Source: a virus
Length of the DNA: 37,482 nt
Strand: one strand, 5' to 3'
IMG/VR virus record: IMGVR_UViG_3300045988_038410
Positions 30,769-37,468 of the stretch are shown piece after piece (within the stretch, counting starts at the first letter, position 1; each line of letters starts with the position of its first letter). The notes under the pieces are model-generated. The model made no database searches. It was not told where the DNA came from and saw only the letters and a list, made by a program, of their open reading frames with translations. The position numbers and the translations under genes are program-made.

Positions 30769-30810
30769 TACAATAGAAATTTTGTTGTATCTGCAATAGA
30801 TGTGCAATAG
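30769..30810 (+). repeat. Arm-type-like direct repeats, right of the core (3 copies)
   Basis: TACAATAG at 30769-30776, TGCAATAG at 30792-30799 and TGCAATAG at 30803-30810. They have the same orientation as the left copies. Confidence 0.6.
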
Positions 30811-30813
30811 GCG

Positions 30814-31293
30814 TTAGCTGTGACGGAGCACAATCCCATGATAATACCCGGCCATCTTCGCTTCCGCTCCTCCGGCGTCCTTATCCATGAGGAAGGCTTT
30901 GGCAAGGTCGGCATAGAATTCCGGCCGGTCTAGGCCGTACTTGGCAGCTACGCCGTAATAGTCCGAATACATCATGTTCATCGCCGCCCACCAGACGCAG
31001 GACTTCTCATGGACGCCTGCGACGTTGGCCACAGCGTCCGTCTGCTCCATTGTCCAGTGTGCGCCGGTCGTGCCGTCCTCGTTCTTCATGTGCGATACCC
31101 ACTTTTCGGCATCCTCGCGGGTGAATTCCATCATTTTCGTGGACTCACGAAAATGGTCATCGTCCAGTTTGTGCAGCGCACAAATGGCATCCGCGTACAC
31201 CGTGACTTCTTCCGCGCGCCCAAGCGTAGCCGGGCGCTCCATGATCTCATGCAGCTGCTCTTTCAGCTGCTCAATGTAATGTTCTTTTCCCAT
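30814..31293 (-). CDS. Hypothetical protein C of the attP-proximal cassette, 159 aa
   Basis: ATG lies 7 nt after GGAGG, and the gene begins 1 nt after the stop of protein B. Conserved-looking core: HWTMEQTDAVA...WWAAMNMMYSDYYGVAAKYG. Confidence 0.7.
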   Translation of the reverse strand: MGKEHYIEQLKEQLHEIMERPATLGRAEEVTVYADAICALHKLDDDHFRESTKMMEFTREDAEKWVSHMKNEDGTTGAHWTMEQTDAVANVAGVHEKSCVWWAAMNMMYSDYYGVAAKYGLDRPEFYADLAKAFLMDKDAGGAEAKMAGYYHGIVLRHS

Positions 31294-31294
31294 A

Positions 31295-31633
31295 TCACGC
31301 CTCCTGAATGTATTTGTAAAGCCGGTCGACGTCGTTCACATCGAATTTGAGTTCTCCAATGACCGGAATGTTCCACGGGATCTTCTTGCCGTCCACCTGC
31401 GTTCTCGCGGCATTGTAAAGCCGGTCGAGGTCGATGTTGCCCTCTGCATCCATGATGCCCATCATCTGCACTGCCGGGTGATCCTTCAGCGCAAGGATGC
31501 GGCTTTTCCCGCCGTCCATGATGAGCGCCAGCGCGATCCCGGCACCAATGCCCTTGCCGGTTGGCAGGTGCGGGATGATCTCATTGTCGGCGAATTTTGC
31601 CGCGCCTCGCATAGCCTGATCGATCGTTACCAT
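31295..31633 (-). CDS. Hypothetical protein B of the attP-proximal cassette, 112 aa
   Basis: ATG lies 8 nt after GGAGG. Contains a Gly-rich hydrophobic stretch GKGIGAGIALALIMDGG. Confidence 0.7.
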   Translation of the reverse strand: MVTIDQAMRGAAKFADNEIIPHLPTGKGIGAGIALALIMDGGKSRILALKDHPAVQMMGIMDAEGNIDLDRLYNAARTQVDGKKIPWNIPVIGELKFDVNDVDRLYKYIQEA

Positions 31634-31656
31634 AAGGATACCTCCGTGTTAAGATC

Positions 31657-31681
31657 GGGGCGGCTATTGCCGCCCCTTTTT
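31657..31681 (+). terminator. Plus-strand-oriented intrinsic terminator hairpin between two minus-strand genes
   Basis: GGGGCGGC-tatt-GCCGCCCC followed by TTTTT on the plus strand. On the minus strand the hairpin lacks a U-tract. Confidence 0.55.
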
Positions 31682-31683
31682 GC

Positions 31684-32172
31684 TTAAGTCGTCGTGGTGG
31701 TCGTGGTCGGAGCCGTCCAGCTGTTATAACGCTGCATCGGTTCCGGGCAGACGTTGTTGATGGGGATCACCGTCTTGGTCAGGCCCGACAGCGTAGCCAG
31801 CTCGTTCTGCATACAGGACAGGTTCGCCACGGTCTGCGCGTTGACGACACGCTGCTGGCACAGCTGCTCTTCGATGCTGCGAAGCCGCCCATCCGTGTAC
31901 TTGTACATTTCGAGCATCTTCTGATCCGTGTACGTGTTCGCATCGCGGAGCTTGACTTCCGATTCCAGCTCTGCGATTCGTGCCGCCTGAGACGCCTCAT
32001 AGCGGCTTACGAGATGGTTGTCGCTGTTGCTTGCAGCCATCGCCGCTGCAGCCGGATTCGCGCCCCAGCCGCCGAACAGGTTGCTCAGACCGCCGCCAAA
32101 CACGCCGAGGCCCGTGCCGATCGCGCCGAGCGTCACGCCGAGATTCCCCTTGCCGTTGCTTGCGTATTCCAT
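31684..32172 (-). CDS. Hypothetical protein A of the attP-proximal cassette: glycine-zipper-like N-terminus, coiled coil, Cys-containing C-terminus, poly-Thr tail, 162 aa
   Basis: ATG at 32172 lies 7 nt after GGAGGG (the track start is a TTG). Glycine-rich stretch LGVTLGAIGTGLGVFGGGLSNLFGGWG. The protein ends in TTTTTTT. Confidence 0.7.
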   Translation of the reverse strand: MEYASNGKGNLGVTLGAIGTGLGVFGGGLSNLFGGWGANPAAAAMAASNSDNHLVSRYEASQAARIAELESEVKLRDANTYTDQKMLEMYKYTDGRLRSIEEQLCQQRVVNAQTVANLSCMQNELATLSGLTKTVIPINNVCPEPMQRYNSWTAPTTTTTTT

Positions 32173-32280
32173 AGAGTTTCCCTCCAAAAAATGTAGTGAA
32201 CCGGCCAGTTCCTACGTTCAGTATGAGGGAAAATTCCGTCACGAAACAGCCAACGTCTGGGCCAGAAAAAGGCCAAAAAA

Positions 32281-32322
32281 GGCACAAAAAAGAGGCAGAC
32301 ACAGCGCATGCCGTGTCTGCCT
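32281..32322 (-). terminator. Rho-independent terminator ending the late/lysis operon
   Basis: Stem AGGCAGACAC (32293-32302) pairs with GTGTCTGCCT (32313-32322), followed on the minus strand by CTTTTTTGTGCCTTTTTT. Confidence 0.8.
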
Positions 32323-32324
32323 GT

Positions 32325-32534
32325 TTACATGTGCGCGGAAAGTGCGTCCGTGCACCGCTTGATGATGTTTTTTGTACCGTTGAGGGAAAGTCCCTCATGC
32401 TCCGCGATCCGTTCCTGCGTCCATCCGTCGCAGAGGTATCGACGCATGATGTCGCGGTAAGAATCTTTGAGAATCCATTCAGAGATCAAACGCTCCCACT
32501 CGCTGCGCGGCAAGTCTGGCCAGCCGCGCCGCAT
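32325..32534 (-). CDS. Small sigma-70 region-4-like HTH protein, 69 aa
   Basis: GWTQERIAEHEGLSLNGTKNIIKRC resembles an ECF sigma region 4.2 HTH. It is the last gene before the terminator. Confidence 0.6.
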   Translation of the reverse strand: MRRGWPDLPRSEWERLISEWILKDSYRDIMRRYLCDGWTQERIAEHEGLSLNGTKNIIKRCTDALSAHM

Positions 32535-32537
32535 CGT

Positions 32538-33221
32538 TTAGCCTCCTTTGTGATTCAGGATCGGGACATTGCCCTTGTTCGATATTTCGAGATCCAGCGC
32601 CTTTGCAATATCGCGAATTTTAATATAATTCGTACCGTCCTTTAAGATCCGTTCGACCTCGATCTCTTTTCCGTCAATGATCATCTTTGCCTTTGTTACC
32701 ACTTCGTCCACCTCCTCCAAGAGCTTCTTAAAGTCCGCCCATTTCTTTTCGTCAATCAGCGGCAGCGGACACAGTTTCATCGAAATGTCGTAGTGCCGGA
32801 TTGCGGCCTGCACGCCCGGCAGCCGCTTCAGCAACATCTGATAGAGCCGCGCAGCGTTGCGCATCGTCGCTTCCGGAATGTAATACTTGCCAGAAGCGTC
32901 CGTGTGGCTCACCATCTCGATACTGACGGTGTTGTAGTTGCTATACACCTTGCCGAATTTGCCGCTCCTGCCGTCGCCAACCGCCCACGCCACCACGTTC
33001 AGTGGCACACACTGGTAAACGGTATCGCCCTCGTCTACCACGAAATGTGCCGACGCGGGGCGTCCCTCGGAGCCGTTGGCAAAGTATCGGGCATTGCCGA
33101 GCGCCGTCGCGTGCAGGCCGGTATTGGCCGTGTAGTGGAACACGATTGCCCGGATAGCCGAGAGCGGACGCTTGCCGCCCACTCTCGTTGCCCGGATGGT
33201 ATCGTTAATTTTCAGTGCCAT
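32538..33221 (-). CDS. Endolysin: N-acetylmuramoyl-L-alanine amidase (Amidase_2) with C-terminal Cu-amine-oxidase-N-like wall-binding domain, 227 aa
   Basis: Amidase motifs IVFHYTANTG, ASAHFVVDEG and VSIEM. C-terminal stretch IIDGKEIEVERILKDGTNYIKIRDIAKALDLEI. ATG at 33221 lies after GAAGGG. Confidence 0.88.
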   Translation of the reverse strand: MALKINDTIRATRVGGKRPLSAIRAIVFHYTANTGLHATALGNARYFANGSEGRPASAHFVVDEGDTVYQCVPLNVVAWAVGDGRSGKFGKVYSNYNTVSIEMVSHTDASGKYYIPEATMRNAARLYQMLLKRLPGVQAAIRHYDISMKLCPLPLIDEKKWADFKKLLEEVDEVVTKAKMIIDGKEIEVERILKDGTNYIKIRDIAKALDLEISNKGNVPILNHKGG

Positions 33222-33429
33222 TGTCGTCACCCTTCGCGTCCATCGCGTCCTGCGCCTTCTGGCTCTGCGTCCCGAAATAGAACGTGATGACCATCAGGAA
33301 GATCGTCAAGAAGTCTTTCCCTGTGATATCACCCCGCAGCGCCAGCACCGTGAACACCACCGTCAGCAGCAGCGTCACCAGCGACTTCACGCTCAGCAGA
33401 TTCGAAAGCCGTTTCATAATTTTGTCCAT
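33205..33429 (-). CDS. Holin (two TM helices), 74 aa, with a possible upstream alternative start at 33447
   Basis: MDKIMKRLSNLLSVKSLVTLLLTVVFTVLALRGDITGKDFLTIFLMVITFYFG followed by a charged tail. Lies immediately upstream of the endolysin. Confidence 0.8.
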   Translation of the reverse strand: MDKIMKRLSNLLSVKSLVTLLLTVVFTVLALRGDITGKDFLTIFLMVITFYFGTQSQKAQDAMDAKGDDNGTEN

Positions 33430-33446
33430 GTTATGTACTCCCTTCA

Positions 33447-33632
33447 TTATGCTTTTTCCGTCCCTTTGTTCCAAACTTTCATGGCGCCGGATTTTGTGTA
33501 TTTTGCCTCATGGTTTTTCGCGGCAATGTAGCCACAATGTGCGCATTGGTACACCAAGAGATTTTTATCGTCTCCGACTTGTTTCAGCACTGGGAAATAC
33601 CCACATAACGGGCAGGCGTTCAGTTCTCTCAT
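33447..33632 (-). CDS. Lar-like zinc-ribbon protein, 61 aa
   Basis: The pattern CPLCG...YQCAHCG...AMKVWNKG follows the Lar family layout. Confidence 0.55.
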   Translation of the reverse strand: MRELNACPLCGYFPVLKQVGDDKNLLVYQCAHCGYIAAKNHEAKYTKSGAMKVWNKGTEKA

Positions 33633-33647
33633 ATCGTTTTGTTCCTT

Positions 33648-33911
33648 TCAGTCCTTCAACACAATTTCCATGATCTGAGCCACGGAGTCCGGGCCGTATT
33701 TCTCGGCCCATTCGTCCATGAATTTCTGCGCGTACTTCGCGCGGTTTTCATTTTTCGTTTTCCACTGGTAGACGCCGAGCGCCGTCGCCAGCAAGCCGAT
33801 CCACGCAATCGTGACCTCCACCACCGGAAGGCCGCAGGCGCACAGCACGATCAGCACGACCGCAACCGTGATAATGAGCGCCAGCGCCGTCTTTGTGTAA
33901 TTAACTTTCAT
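33648..33911 (-). CDS. Holin-like membrane protein (two TM helices), 87 aa
   Basis: MKVNYTKTALALIITVAVVLIVLCACGLPVVEVTIAWIGLLATALGVY followed by a charged tail. The track start at 34001 is over-extended. Confidence 0.65.
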   Translation of the reverse strand: MKVNYTKTALALIITVAVVLIVLCACGLPVVEVTIAWIGLLATALGVYQWKTKNENRAKYAQKFMDEWAEKYGPDSVAQIMEIVLKD

Positions 33912-34236
33912 GCCGCCCGGCCTCGCACTGCTCTTCGAGCTTATGGAGCGCCTTTTTGACATCCCCATTGCCGCCGCGATTGACGTACTTCTTCCCGGCA
34001 ATCAGCCTCTCCGACATGGGCATCTCGTCCGACATGATCGTGAGGCGCAGGATGCTTAAATACTGCTCATCCTGCAATCTCGTGATCTTGTCGATCTTCT
34101 CGTCGATGGCCTTCAGGTGGGCACTCTGCGCGTCGCCCTTGCCTTTCTTCTTCTGGATCGCGCTGACGATTGCCTGAACGACGGTCGTCAGCGCAGACGA
34201 GCCGAGGATCGCTACAATGATCGTGGTTGCATCCAT
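33901..34236 (-). CDS. Membrane-anchored hypothetical protein, 111 aa
   Basis: ATG at 34236 lies 8 nt after AAAGGAG. N-terminal TM helix TTIIVAILGSSALTTVVQAIVSAI. Confidence 0.65.
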   Translation of the reverse strand: MDATTIIVAILGSSALTTVVQAIVSAIQKKKGKGDAQSAHLKAIDEKIDKITRLQDEQYLSILRLTIMSDEMPMSERLIAGKKYVNRGGNGDVKKALHKLEEQCEAGRHES

Positions 34237-34249
34237 TTCTCTTTCTCCT

Positions 34250-34684
34250 TTATACTTCGGTAAAATACAGCCCCACCAGCTCATGAGGCAGGAACTGAAG
34301 CGTCACCTTGCCGCCAGGCTGCTCGCCCGTCCGTTCGCAGCGGTAGAGCTTGCCGTCCTCCGGATCGGTGTAATACAGGCCGTAGGTGTACTCCATGCCC
34401 TTCGCGGCGGGGATGGGGTCGTCCTGTGTGCCCGCGTGGGTCTCGTCGATGACGGTAAACAGCGCCGGGACTTTGTCCGGCTCCCAGCCCTCCTGTGTCG
34501 TGTGGGCCTGTGTCACGCGATAGAGCCTGTCTGCATAGACCAGCCGGTCGTTGACCTCCACGGCCATTCCTGCCGCCCAGCGGTCATACAGCTCCTTTGC
34601 CTTCACGGCGTCCGCATCCGTCAGGCTGGCCGAAGCCTTGACGATATAGGGCCGCAGATGTCTTGCGCGTTCTGTCTGCGTCAT
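34250..34684 (-). CDS. Hypothetical protein of the fibre module (CBM5/12-like W..P motif), 144 aa
   Basis: YRVTQAHTTQEGWEPDKVPALF resembles carbohydrate-binding 5/12 repeats. ATGA coupling to the upstream gene. Confidence 0.6.
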   Translation of the reverse strand: MTQTERARHLRPYIVKASASLTDADAVKAKELYDRWAAGMAVEVNDRLVYADRLYRVTQAHTTQEGWEPDKVPALFTVIDETHAGTQDDPIPAAKGMEYTYGLYYTDPEDGKLYRCERTGEQPGGKVTLQFLPHELVGLYFTEV

Positions 34685-34992
34685 TCGCTCACCCCCAGTA
34701 AAATATTGATCGCGTTCTCCGCGTCTGTCAGTGGGATCGCCGCGCCCATTTCCTCATAGATGCCCTCTGGTTCTGTGCCTTTCAACGTGTGACCGGCGAG
34801 ATGAAACACTGTGTCCCGGAGCATCTGCTGCTCCGTGCCGTCCTCGTTTTCTGTCGTAACTGCCATCTTCGCACAGAAGCCGTCCGCTTCGCTCTTTTCA
34901 CATAGGATATAAAACCCGTCCGGATGATAGCGAATGGGGACGACACTGTCTGCGTATCTGGCAAAAATATTTTTGCTTGCAATTCTGTACAT
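34681..34992 (-). CDS. Hypothetical protein of the fibre module, 103 aa
   Basis: Track ORF with an ATG start that follows the fibre gene. Confidence 0.6.
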   Translation of the reverse strand: MYRIASKNIFARYADSVVPIRYHPDGFYILCEKSEADGFCAKMAVTTENEDGTEQQMLRDTVFHLAGHTLKGTEPEGIYEEMGAAIPLTDAENAINILLGVSE

Positions 34993-35015
34993 ATTCGTTC
35001 TTGCTCCTTTCTGGA

Positions 35016-36227
35016 TTAAAAGCAGAAGCCGAAGGCCACGCCACCGGCACCGCTGGCGTGGTAAGCGTTCGCGGTGCCGTTGCTGTTGACCAGGCAGAAA
35101 TACGTGGAGGAGGTGTCAAGCGGCGAGCGCTCCCACCAGTAGTCTGCAGAGCCGTTCCGCTTCTTGACCTTGCTGTTGCCCGCCTTATAGTAGTCATACT
35201 GCGTGCCTTCGCCTGCCGCCGAGTAGCTGGTCGATCCGAAGATTTCGACCTCGCTGAGCAAAAACAGCTTGTCCGACACCGTCTCGATCGTCGAGCTTGC
35301 GCCGCCCACGGATGCCTTCTTGCTCACCTCGCGGATGCCGTTCTGTACCTCCGTAGGCATGAGCGCCAGAATCGCAGGCAGATGCGTCGTGCGCATTGCG
35401 CTGTTCTTCCAGCCGCCGGAGTTCGTGTCCGAGCTGTTCATAGCCTCTGTGGCGGCGTAGCAGTCGTGCAGCTGGAAGGTCAGCGGTGCCTTCCCGCCTG
35501 CGGTGTAGGCGTCGTGGTTCTTGCCGATGATGTCCACCTGATAGCTCGCGCCGTTGATGGTCATCGTCTTGCTGTTGCCCACCACCCATGTGCTCGGCAC
35601 GCTGCCAGAATGACACGCCGCGATGATGGAAGCCCAACTGTTGTTCGCAAAGTTGTCATTCAGGAAGCTCAATGTCAGCGCGTAGGAGGTCGTGGAGGAC
35701 ACAACATTGACGGAGCCACTCGTCGTCTGCCCGTTCTTTGTGGCGACGATTGTATATGTGCCGGTTTCCGTTACGGTAAATACTACCGTTCCTGTGCTGG
35801 TTTTCGTCTGTAAGGTCGTGCCGTTCTTCTTCAGTACGACGGACGCGCCGGATTCGACCGTTACCGTGATCGTCGCGCTAAAGAACGTCAGCGACGTTGT
35901 ATAGCTATCCGTAAACGTGACGCTTTTCGTATCGGACGTTTTCCCGTTCAGTGTCGCCTTGACGCTCCATGTACCGGCCTCCGGAACAGTCAGCGTACAC
36001 GTTCCATTGACCGATGTGCCGGAAACAGACAGACTTCCCTTCGTAGCAGTAACGGTTGCACCAGAGTCCACAGACACGACGATCTTCAATTCCGTGCCGG
36101 TCTGAATCGCCTGAATGGCCGTCACAAATCCGTCCGGGTATACAAGCAAATCCGATGTGCCGCCCTTCTCCCGGATAGCTGACGCAACCTTTGTCAGGTC
36201 GGTTGTATTTGTCAAAAGCTCTGCCAT
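35016..36227 (-). CDS. Tail fibre / receptor-binding protein with Ig-like repeats and DUF6273-like C-terminal domain, 403 aa
   Basis: Thr/Ser/Val-rich beta repeats in the body. The C-terminus GGWKNSAMRTTHLPAILALMP...DKLFLLSEVEIFG...YWWERSP...GVAFGFCF follows the DUF6273 pattern. Confidence 0.7.
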   Translation of the reverse strand: MAELLTNTTDLTKVASAIREKGGTSDLLVYPDGFVTAIQAIQTGTELKIVVSVDSGATVTATKGSLSVSGTSVNGTCTLTVPEAGTWSVKATLNGKTSDTKSVTFTDSYTTSLTFFSATITVTVESGASVVLKKNGTTLQTKTSTGTVVFTVTETGTYTIVATKNGQTTSGSVNVVSSTTSYALTLSFLNDNFANNSWASIIAACHSGSVPSTWVVGNSKTMTINGASYQVDIIGKNHDAYTAGGKAPLTFQLHDCYAATEAMNSSDTNSGGWKNSAMRTTHLPAILALMPTEVQNGIREVSKKASVGGASSTIETVSDKLFLLSEVEIFGSTSYSAAGEGTQYDYYKAGNSKVKKRNGSADYWWERSPLDTSSTYFCLVNSNGTANAYHASGAGGVAFGFCF

Positions 36228-36424
36228 CAGAAGCTACCTCCATTCGCGTTTGCGATCTCTACAGCCGCCCATGTGCCGGACACAACACGCAGGAATTTTC
36301 CATTGTCCGAAGTAGTGACCGTGGGCAGCTCCTTCGTGCCCCATGCGACCTTGTTGTTTTGAACGTCAGACACCGCCTGATCGATCTCTGCGCCGGTGTG
36401 CGCGCTATTGTATTGGTCTGCCAT
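36227..36424 (-). CDS. Small tail-fibre-associated protein, 65 aa
   Basis: Begins MADQYNSAHTGAEIDQAVSDV.... TGATG overlap with the fibre gene. Confidence 0.6.
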   Translation of the reverse strand: MADQYNSAHTGAEIDQAVSDVQNNKVAWGTKELPTVTTSDNGKFLRVVSGTWAAVEIANANGGSF

Positions 36425-36428
36425 AAAA

Positions 36429-36806
36429 TCACTCCTTCATGCAGAGAAATTCCCTGCCGTCTGCCGTCAGCATGGTCTTGGTCGTGCCGGACGGCACAAA
36501 ACCATAGTTATCATTCCAGCTTCCGTCCGCGCCCTGTGCGTAGAGGGAGATTCGATATTCTCCATCACCGCTCAAGAGAAAATCGTCGTAGACCTCAAAG
36601 GTTCGCTCCGTCCCCGCCGGGGTCTGGGAAAAGGACGCAATGAGCGCCCCTTTCCCTCGCCCCCAGTCCTCGCCGGTTTTTGTCGCGCGGCATTCAAAGG
36701 CCGTGTAGGCGATGTCCGACGAGAATTTAACGGTGATGGAATCGTACCCGGAGACTGCCGAAATCTTATTCCCCGTGATGGTGAACGTCAGTCCCGGCGC
36801 GGCCAT
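36429..36806 (-). CDS. Hypothetical structural protein, 125 aa
   Basis: ATG at 36806 forms a TAATG overlap with the upstream stop. Beta-rich sequence. Confidence 0.6.
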   Translation of the reverse strand: MAAPGLTFTITGNKISAVSGYDSITVKFSSDIAYTAFECRATKTGEDWGRGKGALIASFSQTPAGTERTFEVYDDFLLSGDGEYRISLYAQGADGSWNDNYGFVPSGTTKTMLTADGREFLCMKE

Positions 36807-37468
36807 TATGCCACGCTCCAAGTCCCGGCAGCGTTCTTCACAAAGACCTTGATGATCTTCGTGCCGTCGCCGGAGGATGCCGTCGCAAGGTCAGCGCCCT
36901 TGATGGTGACATCAATCGCTGTGGCCTTCTTGTAGCCGCCCTTGCTGCCGCTGGTGTTTGTGGAGCCGCCAGTGGTCGGGATCTGCGTGCCGGCGTCGTG
37001 GAGGCTGCTGGTGCTCGGCACGACACGCACAGTGTATTCCTCGAAGTCCACGTCGCAGGTGAAGGAGAACGCGCAGGTGTCGAAGCCGGTAACTTTGGAG
37101 ATCCTGGTCTTGTCGGGGCCAGTGATCGTGACCACCGGAACCGCAGTGTTGACCGTGATGGAAGCTGTGACCGCAGCCGTTTCGTTGCCGACGTCGTCCC
37201 GCACCTTGATATGTACGGTTTTCAGTCCATCGCCTTCCGTCAGGATGATGGACTTGCTGGCCGCGAAGGTTTCCCACGATGCATCCTCTTCCGTTGCAGC
37301 CGCTTTGATGCCCCAGATCTTCATCTGGTAGCCGGTCTTGGCTTCATCCGTCAGCGTGATCGTTGCGGTGACGGTGTTGCTGGTTGCATACGTCGCGCCG
37401 CTGTTGAGCTTCAGTGTCAACCCAGACGGTGCAAGAGTATCAAGAATTAGATTGAAAAAACTTGCCAT
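36806..37468 (-). CDS. Ig-like-domain structural protein, 220 aa; spans the circular junction
   Basis: The ATG at 37468 lies inside the terminal overlap and is equivalent to position 41. The pattern TVTATITLTDEAKTGYQMKIWG...HIKVRDDVGNE is beta-sandwich-like. Confidence 0.7.
   Translation of the reverse strand: MASFFNLILDTLAPSGLTLKLNSGATYATSNTVTATITLTDEAKTGYQMKIWGIKAAATEEDASWETFAASKSIILTEGDGLKTVHIKVRDDVGNETAAVTASITVNTAVPVVTITGPDKTRISKVTGFDTCAFSFTCDVDFEEYTVRVVPSTSSLHDAGTQIPTTGGSTNTSGSKGGYKKATAIDVTIKGADLATASSGDGTKIIKVFVKNAAGTWSVA

Larger units (their letters stand above)
1..37427. mobile_element. Complete circular (or circularly permuted) temperate siphovirus-like phage genome, unit length 37,427 bp
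   Basis: Bases 1-55 equal 37428-37482. The window holds a lysogeny module (int, attP, CI/Cro switch), a replication module, an HNH-terminase-portal-protease-capsid-tail module and a lysis cassette. Confidence 0.85.

Noticed and set aside
32188-32292. Independent sigma-A promoter for the attP-proximal cassette
   Set aside because: I could not find a -35/-10 pair with acceptable spacing on the minus strand. Only weak candidates exist, such as TTTCGT-17-TACTGA. No promoter is therefore annotated, and expression of the cassette remains open.
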